Part shown: piece by piece, positions 1 through 13,259 of the stretch
Layout: each line of letters starts with the position of its first letter
Numbering within the stretch: position 1 is the first letter of the stretch
Assembly (NCBI GenBank): GCA_964016885.1
Contig: OZ024761.1
Span: 12,710,001 to 12,774,000 of the forward strand
From: Eledone cirrhosa
Lineage: Eukaryota
Direction: 5' to 3'
DNA length: 64,000 nucleotides
Notes under the pieces: generated by a model
The model's input: only the letters and a program-made list of their open reading frames with translations
Told to the model about the DNA's origin: nothing
Database searches by the model: none
Program-made: the position numbers and the translations under genes

Positions 1-1228
<1,228 letters not shown>

Positions 1229-1821
1229 TGAAGAGGCGGATTTTCAGGTCTCTACGAAGGTCCGACTTCCACACCGATCTCAAGCTGTGACACGCCGCCC
1301 AGGCCTTGCTCTTCCTCTCAACCACATCATCTTCCGTATTCCCAATCTTTGCTCCCAAATACAGGAAGTCCTCAACCAATTACAGCGGCTTCCCGCCTAC
1401 ATTAGTGATCCCCTCTGGCTTCTCAACATTCTCTACCAGATATTTTGTTTTAGTCTCATTCATTCTCAGCCCCACACTCATCGACACAGTCTCAACCTCC
1501 CGCATCAAATCCTCTGCCTCCTTCACTGTATTTGTCACCAAAACTATGTCGTCGGCAAATTCAGCATCCGATACCTTTTTCGCCCCAACTCTCCTGCTCT
1601 GAGCCGGTGCTACAGTAAAGCCAGTGTCCTGGTGTTTCTCCAGTGCAAGGCGCATACAATAGTCCACTACGATGATAAAAAGGTAGGGAGCCAATGTATC
1701 TCCCTGGAGCACTCCAGCCAGTATCTCAAAGAACTCTGTCATCCCATCAGGTGTAATGACTTGGGCTTTGGTGTTGGTGTAGAGCAGTGATATCAGGTCC
1801 ACTATCATCTTGGGGATTCCA
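1229..1821 (-). mobile_element. RTE-type LINE RT core fragment, inverted 5' segment, with an in-frame stop
   Basis: [46 protein letters not shown] and KIRLF motifs; in-frame TAA at 1380-1382. Confidence 0.88.
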
Positions 1822-2260
1822 TTCATTGCTGTAGTGGAGTCTGTGCTGCTGTATGGGTCTGAGACTTGGACACTGACCAAGAAACTCACTCAGATGGAGG
1901 ATGGGTGCTACACGAGAATGCTGAGGATGGCTCTGAACATTAATCAGTATACACTGAGGATGAAAAACTCAGAGCTGTATGGGAGCATCCCAAAAGTCAG
2001 CTCAAAAGTGACACAGAGGAGACTGAGGTTGGCTGGACATGCTCACCGACATCCAGAGTTGACATTGCACTCAGTGCTCCTTTGGGAGCCCCTACATGGA
2101 CACACTAGAAGAGGAAGACCAAGGTTAACATATGTTGATGCCCTAAGGACAGACACTGGTCTGTTAGAGATGCAGGATATGGCAGCGATAATGAGAGACA
2201 GAGACCGCTGGAGAGAACTCGTCCATGGATCTCGGGAATTTTACCCGCCTTAGATAGATA
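1822..2260 (+). mobile_element. RTE-type LINE 3' segment (continuation of the inverted segment)
   Basis: [32 protein letters not shown] and DRDRWRELV motifs; ends ttttacccgccttagataga then (TA)n. Confidence 0.88.
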
Positions 2261-2645
<385 letters not shown>

Positions 2646-4103
2646 GGAAAGTTATATTTAAATTGTCGGGTTAACGAGTAAATATTTATAACTGATATAA
2701 AAGCACTCAACAAGTATTTGGAGTATATTTATGATATTAAATAAATGGAAACTATATTTATAAAACCATATTTATTTTGTTATATATATCTCAGGGATAT
2801 CATATTAACAATATGTTATGCCATCCTCAGACAAAATACAATATAAACAGTCTTATAAATAAATAGATACGACATACCTTTCAATCACCTTGCATTTGGG
2901 AGGTTGATTTGGCAGTAAAAAATATTGTGGACAGTTGTAAAAAGAAAGAGATAAAGAGAGAAAGAAAGAGAAACGAAGAAAAAGAAGAAATGCATGTGAC
3001 TAAATAGAGGGATATAGAAAGATAGATAAAGAGAAGAACCTCATGTAAAGAAACAGAGAGAAATATATATAGAGAGAGGAAAAAAGAAAGAGATAGATAG
3101 AGATAGATAGAGAAACTAGGAAGTTGAGTATCGGTTGATACATTTATTTATTTATTTATTTAGCTCTAGTATTAATGTAAAGAGAGATGTATGTAGTTAA
3201 GAGAGAAAATAGCCGTTATATAGAGAGAAAAAAGAGAAGAAAAAAGAGAAAATGAAAAAGAGAAAATGAAACATAACCAGACATAAACGATGCAGAATTT
3301 AAAACCGCTATGTTTTATCCGTAGAAAATATTAGTTCGTATAAAACAGGCATTATAATGTAAGTACCAGTATTCATGAATGAGACATGTATCTATAATGT
3401 GTGAAAAGTAATGATCTTATGTCTAGTTTTTAAAAATTCATATGTTTATATCATAATTATAAACAAACTCCCAATTCACACGAAAACATTCTCATTGTGC
3501 TATAAAAATTCAAGTATACATATATGTGTGTATATATACACATATATATAGAGTCTATATTAATTTTAACAATACTATTCTTGTCTTTATTCTACATGAT
3601 TGTCGATCAAGCAGAAATAGAGAACAGATTTCAATATATTAATAAAAATAAAAATATCAGAGATAAGAAAATAAATAAATAAACAGAAAACTAAAACATT
3701 TAATATTAAAAATAAAAAATATTACAAAATATTAAAAAATATTAAAAAATAATACAAATAAAACACAGAGATCAGCCTTTCAAAGTTAATTGACAATATA
3801 TTGCCAAGATCATCATAAGCATCAGAGTCGAAACAGATAAAACAAAAATTGTTTACCAAATCCTGTCTAGCAGAAATCATTCCAAAAGTTTAGGATACCC
3901 ATTTGGTCTACATATGTTCTTATATATAATATAGAAGTTTATCTAGTTTAAAATTTAATTCGATATATTTGGAGCATCAGCTTTTAGGGTAGTTTAATTA
4001 TTCATGAAGAATGTTTTAATAAAAAGAATGTTTTAATAAAAAGAAGAAATCGAAAGATTTATCGGCTAGTTTCATAAATAATTACAAATCAAATCAAACA
4101 TAA

Positions 4104-5009
4104 CTACATTTTAAATTTAAATTTATATTTAAACGTTGAGTTCAATCTATGTCTGCAGCAACTGAATAAATTTGTCCGTAGATTAAGGGAATTTTTAGAT
4201 TTTAGTATAAAGAATATCTCCTCCGCACAGAGGTCACATGTCTCAGAGGATGAATTAAAAGGAATCCCCCTTGAAACTATATTCCAAGTCGTCGAATATC
4301 TAACGTTATCATGCCTAAGTTGCCAGAGTACGCCTGATAGTGCTGTTGAAGATTTTTTGGATGGATCTGTGAAAGAATTCTTGTGGTTGTTATAGCGAAG
4401 TTTAAATTCCGTCGATGTAGAACCAACGTAGTTAAAAGAATTAACGTCCGTTTTAACATTACAGTTGTATATTATATTTTTAACTAAGCAGTTGTTATTT
4501 AACGGACATTTAGATCTATCTCTACAGTTACATTTGTTAACTTGGATATTATTTATGCTATTATCGCTAGGTTTTAAGTTCCTGTTATTTATTCTATTAA
4601 TATTTTGCGCTAAATTTTTGGTGGATGAGTAGTTTAGTTTTATAGTATGTCTATTGAAAATTGAGTGATACCTATGTGTTCTAGGGAAGCGATTATCGAG
4701 AGCTTTAAAAAATAGTTTAGCAATGTGGGTTTTAATGTTTAGTGAGAAAGGGGGGGCAAACCATATTATATTCCTAGTTCTATTTCTTTTATGGCTTTTG
4801 GAATTATTGTAATGCTTTCTATTATAGTTGTTAAGGTTGTGGCCATAATTAAAATAGTTGTTATTTTGTTTAATTTGTTTATCATTATCTATGTACATAA
4901 TTTTATCACTATATCCTGCTCTAGCTAACGCTTCATTGTAATAATGGGCTTTTTCGTCGAAAATCTTTTTATTAGATGAGATTCTAGAGATACGTGATTG
5001 AACAGAGTT
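4104..5009 (-). pseudogene. C-terminal part of the Penelope-like ORF (RT thumb/linker plus GIY-YIG endonuclease)
   Basis: Open frame extends upstream of the annotated Met (SRISRISSNKKIFDEKAHYYNEALARAGY). Motifs: RNIIWFAPPFS, CNCRDRSKCPLNNNC, IIY...YVGST..FKLRYNNHKNSF, CDLCAEE. Confidence 0.85.
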
Positions 5010-5393
5010 TCTATATAACGGCTATTTTCTCTCTTAACTACATACATCTCTCTTTACATTAATACTAGAGCTAAATAAATAAATAAATAAATAAATAAAT
5101 GTATCAACCGATACTCAACTTCCTAGTTTCTCTATCTATCTCTTTCTTTTTTCCTCTCTCTATATATATTTCTCTCTGTTTCTTTACATGAGGTTCTTCT
5201 CTTTATCTATCTTTCTATATCCCTCTATTTAGTCACATGCATTTCTTCTTTTTCTTCGTTTCTCTTTCTTTCTCTCTTTATCTCTTTCTTTTTACAACTG
5301 TCCACAATATTTTTTACTGCCAAATCAACCTCCCAAATGCAAGGTGATTGAAAGGTATGTCGTATCTATTTATTTATAAGACTGTTTATATTG

Positions 5394-5459
5394 TATTTTG
5401 TCTGAGGATGGCATAACATATTGTTAATATGATATCCCTGAAATATATATAACGAAATA
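5394..5459 (+). ncRNA. Minimal type I hammerhead ribozyme motif in the PLE pseudo-LTR
   Basis: TATTTTGT-CTGAGGA-stem II (CATATT/gtt/AATATG)-GAAA-T-ATAT-ATA-ACGAAATA. The sister copy at 2773-2838 (minus) has GAGA instead of GAAA. Confidence 0.6.
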
Positions 5460-5507
5460 AATATGGTTTTATAAATATAGTTTCCATTTATTTAATATCA
5501 TATATAC

Positions 5508-5538
<31 letters not shown>

Positions 5539-5979
5539 CAGATAAAATTTTGTTATAACGAAATTTGTTTCAATCCCCAGCTACACGCTCTATGTGTTCG
5601 ATCGATGTCGTTATAAAGAATTGTTTTATACCCCGTAATTTTAGTTATAACGGAATTTCGCTAAATATGAAAAAAGTGGGGGAGAGTGACTCCACTGGTG
5701 GTTGATGTTCTTTAGTAATTCATTATTTACAATAAGTCGTTATTGATATTAGTTGTCGTAAGTCCTCCTGTGGAGAACTTCAAGTCCTTCTTAACAGTCT
5801 GAGGAACGAAAAAGAAAATTATTCTTTTAATTTATTAATTTTTTTAGTTTTTAAAAATATTTATTACACCCTTTCACTTGTACATACCCTCATATACAGC
5901 TCCACTCTCAGCCGCCACTCTTACCCTTTCCCTCTCTCTCTCTCTATATATATATATCTATATATATATGATGATGATG

Positions 5980-6255
5980 ATATCTAAGACAATGTCACTG
6001 GACCGAGATCTTTGGCGCTACGCAATAATACAGAAGACCCGCCTTGCCTATGTACAAAGTGAAAGCTACAGTCAGTAGGCACCTCTTAACCAAATATACA
6101 CCCCAATCCACTACCCCTACCCTATCCTCCCACCAACACCACCCTCTCTCTGTAAAGTTGGTAACACAACATCCAGTCCAAATAAATGAGATAAATGAGA
6201 TAATGAGATCGAGATTGTGTAGGTGTCACGAGAAAAACACACAGTCCACGCTGAA
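5980..6255 (+). mobile_element. RTE LINE extreme 3' fragment
   Basis: [18 protein letters not shown] and the following UTR match 20985-21235. Confidence 0.75.
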
Positions 6256-7429
6256 TTGTTTTATACCCCGTAATTTATTATTAATATGTGTGTGTGAGAG
6301 AGTCTCGAGTTCAATCGGGGGTAACCACAGTAAATAAGGTACTCAATACATAGTAGAGTATACAGGGTTTAATATAGATTCGATATATGACGTAAAGCCT
6401 TTACTGTGAAAACACAGTAAATATAGAGTAATGTAAATGCTAAAGGATTAAACAAAACAAAATCTGTTGACTGTTCTATGGAGCTGTGTGAGTCAGGTGA
6501 CACAGATACTTATCTCTCTGGGATGACATTGATAGCTTGTTATATACACATCGGAGGTAGCTGTGATGTGACGACTTTATATGCTGGACTCTAGAACGTG
6601 TGGGAGGATTATAAATGACAGTGTTGTGAGTGGAGAACAGGGTTAGTGTTTAACTCTTTAGCATTTACATTACTATTATATTTTCTTGGTAAAGGCTTTA
6701 TCTCACGTAATATAGAATCTGAGATTTTGAGAGCAATACCTTAACCCTTTTGCATTCACATTACTCTATATATACTATTATATTTTCATGGTAAAGGCAT
6801 AATTATCTCACATAATATCGAATCTATGAGATTTTGAAGGTATTTATTTTGAGAACAATACCTTAACATCAGTTTAAGCGACCAGTTACAGCCAGTTTCA
6901 ACAGAAAGAGGTAGAGAATTCTGGCCGGTTTGAACATTAAAGGGTTAATGTCAGTATGAGTAGCCGGTTTGAACAGAAAGAGGTGAGAGAATTCTGGCTG
7001 GATATGGCCAGTTTAAATGCTAAAGAGTTAACCTATAATCGAAGCCATTCCATTTTATTTTTCATCATGTTAACTCAATGTACACCCCACCACCACACCC
7101 TACTCCATCCTCCCTCTCCTGTTCCGTCCACTGTGTTGATGACAACAGTTTACGCTGTAAGGTGGCCGTGTAGGAGACACGGTGAAAAGGCTTCCAGTCC
7201 ACACTGTAAATGTGGTTGGTGTTAGGAAGGGCATCCAGCTGTAAAAAATCTGCCAGAGACGCTTTTGTGTGAGCGAGACATGGTCTCCGCATCAAATGGA
7301 ACAAAACCGTCTAACCCATGCTAGCGTGGAAGATGGACGTTAAACGATGATCATGATGATGATGAATACTCTATATACTTTGTGGATATTTTTGGTTGGT
7401 AGGAATTCAATATTGTGTGTTTAATGCTA

Positions 7430-7700
7430 CTTCTCTGAATTGAGAGGTCATAGCTCCGATACTATGGACATGTGGTTAGAATGTCTCGGCAAAGAATGGC
7501 TGGACAGATTTTATGGACAAAACCAACCAGCAGGAGACCTAGGAGTAAACTCCATGCAAGTTGGTTGGATAGCATCCGTGAGTTTGGCTGGTCTCGTTTG
7601 AGGATCCAGCTGGATCAGTTGGAGATGGTTGCTTCTGACAGGACCTGCTAGGAGTATTTGAGGAATCTTTCTCCACGACCCTCTCAGGAATAAGTTGGTG
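7430..7700 (+). mobile_element. Degenerate RTE LINE 3' fragment
   Basis: Translates LRYYGHVVRM and, further on, VASDR. Confidence 0.5.
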
Positions 7701-8204
7701 AAGAAGTGTCTGTCATAATGTGTGTGTTTGTGTGCTTTACCTTAATGTTAGGAAGGGCATCCAGCTATAAAATCCTCATCAGAGCAAGGTACGGCGTGGT
7801 CAACTCTGGCCAGACTTGCCTCCCAGCGTGGGACAGCCCGTCTAACCCATGCAAGCATGGAAACATGGATGCTAAACGATGATGATGAACATAGTGGCTG
7901 GACAAAAAAATGATAAATAAAATAAATACCAGACTTTAGGGGTAAAGTAAGTACTGTGTGGTTAATATGATCAATTAGATCCCTTCTCTACTCATGGGTG
8001 ACTGAAACCTTTAATAAAGAAAAAAAGAATGCTTTATCAAAGGCTTGTTGGGAGCTTCTGTTACATGTGATTTAATTAGCAGCAGTGATGGGTGTTTACC
8101 ATGTGATATACTACCCAGAGTAGGGACAGGAAGTGGATAATATTCAGGATAATATTTGTTACTTCCCTTAATAGAGAGCTTGTGTCACTCCTCTTATAAT
8201 ATTC

Positions 8205-8940
8205 AGGGAGATATTGTTGCCTCTGTAACTGTTTATTGAGCTATTGTTGTCTCTGTTAATGTTTAGGGAGCTGTTGTTACCTCTGTTAATATTTAGGGAG
8301 CTATTGTTGCCTCTGTTAATGTTTAGGGAGCTGTTGTTACCTCTGTTAATATTTAGGGAGCTATTGTTGCCTCTGTTAATGTTTAGGGAGCTGTTGTTAC
8401 CTCTGTTAATGTTTAGGGAGCTGTTGTTGCCTCTGTTAATGTTTAGGGAGATATTGTTGCCTCTGTTAATGTTTAGGGAGCTGTTGTTACCTCTGTTAAT
8501 GTTTAGGGAGCTGTTGTTGCCTCTGTTAATGTTTAGGGAGCTGTTGTTGCCTCTGTTAATGTTTAGGGAGCTGTTGTTACCTCTGTTAATGTTTAGGGAG
8601 CTATTGTTGCCTCTGTTAATGTTTAGGGAGATATTGTTGCCTCTGTAACTGTTTATTGAGCTATTGTTGTCTCTGTTAATGTTTAGGGAGCTGTTGTTAC
8701 CTCTGTTAATGTTTAGGGAGCTATTGTTGCCCCTGTAACTGTTTATGGAGCTATTGTTGTCTCTGTTAATGTTTAGGGAGCTGTTGTTACCTCTGTTAAT
8801 GTTTAGGGAGCTGTTGTTACCCCTGTTAATGTTTAGGGAGCTGTTGTTACCTCTGTTAATATTCAGGGAGCTATTGTTGTCTCTGTTACTGTTTAGGGAG
8901 CTATTGCTGTCTCTGTTACTGTTTAGGGAGCTATTGTTGC
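8205..8940. repeat. 30-bp minisatellite (ctctgttaatgtttagggagctgttgttac), ~24 units
   Basis: Exact 30-bp periodicity, giving 10-aa repeat pseudo-ORFs. Confidence 0.96.
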
Positions 8941-9582
8941 GTGTGTATATATCATTATCGTCATCATCATTATTTTTACATTGACTTTCCCAAGCTGGTA
9001 TGGACTGTGTTTTACAGCTATATATATATATATATATGTATATATATACAGGGGCCTCGTTTGCCTTAAAAGTGTGAGGGGGACAAACCAACATTTGTTG
9101 ATTCTTAAAGGAGCATAAATTGCTTATGGTGCCTTCCCCGGACCCTATCACAAGTAAAATGTTACGCTAATTAAATTTTATATATTCAAAAAAAAAAAGA
9201 AGCTTAAAAAGAATTTATTATATCAAATAAACAAAAAATAAAACATAGACGTTTGAAAAAGTGGGGGCGGGGGGACAAGTCCCCTCCCCACCCCTATATA
9301 TATATATATATATCTATTTTTTTTTCTATTGTATTCTGTTGTTTTAACAGACTGTCTGCCATATGTCAATTATATCAGATAAACCAAAATATGTGTCTTA
9401 TTGAGTTTGGCAATGAGTATTCTATTTTTGTAACTGGACTTCTTCCTCTTGCTATTATGATATGAATGGCTGACTATTTCACTTGTACCCTTAATGTAAT
9501 CCTAAGGTAGAATTATTGTGACATGGCTTTTGTCTAACCAATTTCTCTCACACGGCTTAGGTTGACACAAGTCTATATATGT

Positions 9583-10083
9583 TTAACCCTTTCGCATTAA
9601 AAGTGGCCGTATCTGGCAAGAATTCTTTCACCTCTTTCTGTTCAAACCGGCCATATCCAGCCAGAATTCTCTCACCTCTTTCTGTTCAAACCAGATGTAA
9701 CCAACCAGAATTCTCTCACCTCTTTCTGTTCAAACCAGATGTAACCAACCAGAATTCTCTCACTTCTTTCTGTTCAAACCGACTGTATCTGGCCAGAATT
9801 CTGTCAACTCTTTCTGTTGAAACCGGCTGTAACCAGCCAGAATTCTCTCACCTCTTTCTGTTGAAACCGGCTGTAACCAGCCAGAATTCTCTCACCTCTT
9901 TCTGTTGAAACCGGCTGTAACCAGCCAGAATTCTTTCACCTCTTTTAGTTCAAACCAGCAGTAACCAGCCACTCATGTTCGAGTAGTGTTCTCAAAATGA
10001 CTATCAAAATCGCATAGATTAGATATTATGTGAGATAAAGCCTTTACCATGAAAATACAATAGTATATATAGAGTAATGTAAA
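9583..10083 (+). mobile_element. TTAA-MITE copy with internal ~42-bp tandem amplification
   Basis: Starts ttaaccctt; repeated ccagaattctctcacctctttctgttcaaacc units; ends in the MITE right-hand body. Confidence 0.8.
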
Positions 10084-10334
10084 TTGCTTTGTAATGGAAA
10101 TAATTGAAAGAGAAGTAGATTTTAATTAACTTTTTATTTGATTCATCATCATCATCATCATCACCATTTGATTGTAGTTACAGACAGCCGCAATCTTCCT
10201 TCATTCATTGCAACCTTGATAGTTGTGGTCTCATCTTGAAGGAATTAGCCCTGATCACTGGTTGGAATTGGTGTCCTAAAGAAAACCCCATATATATATA
10301 TATATATATATATATGTGACATTAAACTACATCC

Positions 10335-10538
10335 AATGGCAAGGCTCCAGTTCAGGAATTCAGGAGCTGTGGGAACGCGGAGTTACCCCTTAGTGTCACT
10401 CCCAGGTCTACTCTGGCTCGGAGTAGTAGTACCTGCTGGGGCCCCATTTATGGGTTAAATAATTACCTTATTCGAGTGGCACCAGTAAGGTATTATCAGC
10501 CACTGAAAAGAACTTTACCCGCCCTAGATAGATAGATG
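10335..10538 (+). mobile_element. Short non-autonomous retroelement with an RTE-like 3' tail
   Basis: Ends gaactttacccgccctagatagatagat, matching the RTE tail at 2237-2260 and (reverse) 58366-58386. Confidence 0.55.
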
Positions 10539-11101
10539 TGTGTGTGTGTGTGTTTGTGTGTATACCTGAAAAAATAATCCCTTTATGTCGATGCTACAGC
10601 ATGGCCACAGTCTAATGTCTGAAAACGGTCAAACAAAAGAATCTCGACGCTCTTAATATATATTCGAGGTTTTCATGAAATTAAATCAATTTAACAATCT
10701 AAGGGAAGTAAATCTTGTAACATACAGCAGTAGGCCTCAATGATTTCTCTCCCTTTGTTACTCAAATTGATTTTAAACGTTACGACACCAAGACTTTACT
10801 TGGTCGCTCTACCAGCTAAAAATACCTTCAACAAAATAAATATATATATAAACAGACCCCCAAAACACCAACGTATTCGCCGTAATAACATTTATACCTC
10901 TATAAGACATTGTTAATGAAAAACAACTAAGAAAGTGTAAAATAAATAACGTAGACATTGGTGGTTGTCGGAAGCAGACGATAGTTACTAGTATGTGTGT
11001 GTCAATGTATCTGACACATATAAGTATGTATATATATATATACATACATGCACACACATATATATATATATATGTACGTATGGATTCACCGAACATTTAT
11101 T

Positions 11102-12058
11102 ACTAGACATGAAAAATGCGCAAGCTCAAAAGTGCCACAGAATGTTATAATAAACCTTCAAAAGTGTGGGACTAGAGTTGTTGCTAAAAAATATTGTAAT
11201 CATTATATATCGTACATTCTGTGGCATCCTTTATAAAAATAGCTTAAACCAACGAAGCCTTTATTTTTACGCTATTTCACTTAGTTAATTCTTAGAGTGT
11301 AACATATAAAAATATGATTTACAACTATAAAATAAATTAATTAATATAATAACAGAGCTGCGGAGCTGAAATTTAGGAAATAATGGAGTATCGGATCCTG
11401 AGTTGGAGCCAGTCAATTTTTGACCGACTCCGCAGCCCTGTATAATACATTTCATATTAAAGTTATTAATAAACCTATTTTACACTTCATGCAAATTACC
11501 ACGAGATATTGATATTAGATATAAGATACAGCGCAATATCTACAGCTGTAAAAGTACGAAAGCGAAGTAATAATAAGTGGCTTAAGGTAATTCCAATATG
11601 AAAGTTTGTAGTGATAAAAATTTGATAATGCAATACGATTGTTAATATTATAGTTCTATGAAAATGTAACAATAGATAACTAAATTATTTTACTATTAGT
11701 ATATTTAAGAAATTATCATTATAGATTTGATCGTTCATATAAGCATCATATTAAGTTTCAACACAATTATTTTGTTACTATGAGTATATGATAATAATAT
11801 TACGTAATTATTTATAGCTGTTATTACATTAAACATAGATGTATTTATTTTTATATGTTACACTCTAAGAATTAACTAAGTGAAATAGCGTAAAAATAAA
11901 GGCTTCGTTGGTTTAAGCTATTTTTATAAAGGATGCCACAGAATGTACGATATATAATGATTACAATATTTTTTAGCAACAACTCTAGTCCCACACTTTT
12001 GAAGGTTTATTATAACATTCTGTGGCACTTTTGAGCTTGCGCATTTTTCATGTCTAGT
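11102..12058. repeat. 213-bp apparently perfect inverted repeat pair (11102-11314 / 11846-12058)
   Basis: Arms read as reverse complements; ~530-bp AT-rich spacer. Confidence 0.9.
11353..11440. mobile_element. Tiny hAT-like MITE
   Basis: Ends CAGAGCTGCGGAG / CTCCGCAGCCCTG; flanked by tataataa / tataatac (8-bp TSD, 7/8 match). Confidence 0.6.
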
Positions 12059-13172
12059 TTAATATTTTTTTAAGGCAACGCTTGTAATAACTCTAGTTAA
12101 ACAGGATATATATTAATAATAAATTATCGTTGTAATGTAATTAGATTATGTAATTGTTATTATAAATTATCTTATAAATATTAGTGTAAGATGTATAAAA
12201 ATATTTTCAGACTTTTAATATAAACAACTACAAAAAACAATCAATATTAAATCAATATATTATACATAATAGAAAACATAAAATATACAATACAAAAACA
12301 AAATATTTACATACATTTGCAATTATCAGTGTATATACATTTTCTTTATATTCCCTGAGCAAATTAATAAGATTTGTTTTTATTGTACATAATTTGATGA
12401 CTTGTTGGAGTGTATTAAAAGATAGCAACAATTTGTGATTAAATTGTTATCTTAAGCAACTCACTTTTTAATAGTTGTTGGCTGAGCGAAATTGTAAAAG
12501 CCTATGAGCAAATATAAAAAAAAATACACAAACAACATTTCCTTGTGTTATTACAACATTAGATAAAATAATTGAGCAATGTCGTTATATTTTGCTCTTA
12601 TTGCACATTAATAGTGTTTCTATTTTTCGGCACAAATCCATTACGGCAGTCCATTACTGGTACTTTATTTTATCGAATTAGTAAGTATGAAAGTCGAAGT
12701 TAACCTCGGCAGGATTTGAACTTAGAATGCAAAGGACCATAACAATACTGCAAAGCATGGTGTCTGACGCTCTACCAATACTTGTGTTGAGCTGGTCATT
12801 AATTTATGGTGGTCGTGCGTGAAGTAGAGCAATCGCTAGTTGAAATATTATGAACAAAACATTTTTATTTGTCGAAGAACATATTTTCAATACTGTTTGT
12901 GAATGTGACGAAGGAAATACATTCTGATATGGAACAGTGTACAAAGTGTGTCTGTGAATAACATAATGTTACCTCATGTTGTTGTCAAGACATAATGGAT
13001 TTCGTTTATCCAGTTAGAAGATGAAACCTAGCCATCCCGGATTAGTTATATTTCATGCCATGTGTAAACGTGTTTGAGGATAGCAAAATATGCGCGTTAA
13101 TTATAATAATTAGTTAATAATATTACAAAATATACCTAATTAAACTCTTTGCTTGAAATTTTATCATTCTTC

Positions 13173-13259
<87 letters not shown>

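Larger units (their letters stand above)
2646..5502 (-). mobile_element. 5'-truncated Penelope-like retroelement (probably Naiad-like) with inverted pseudo-LTR
   Basis: GIY-YIG ORF on the minus strand; AT-rich 3' region 2646-4103; 5010-5502 is a near-identical inverted copy of 2730-3224. Confidence 0.85.

Noticed and set aside
5690-5820. Minus-strand acceptor and short frame TVKKDLKFSTGG
   Set aside because: Adjoins gttataacg-repeat, Tigger-like transposon sequence; no homology recognised.
8168-9151. 327-aa NRGNNSSLNI repeat ORF
   Set aside because: Product of the 30-bp minisatellite plus (TA)n; no splice or homology support.
9351-9465. Strong-looking acceptor ttttaacag followed by a short open frame
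   Set aside because: No recognisable protein and no clear donor; cannot be supported.
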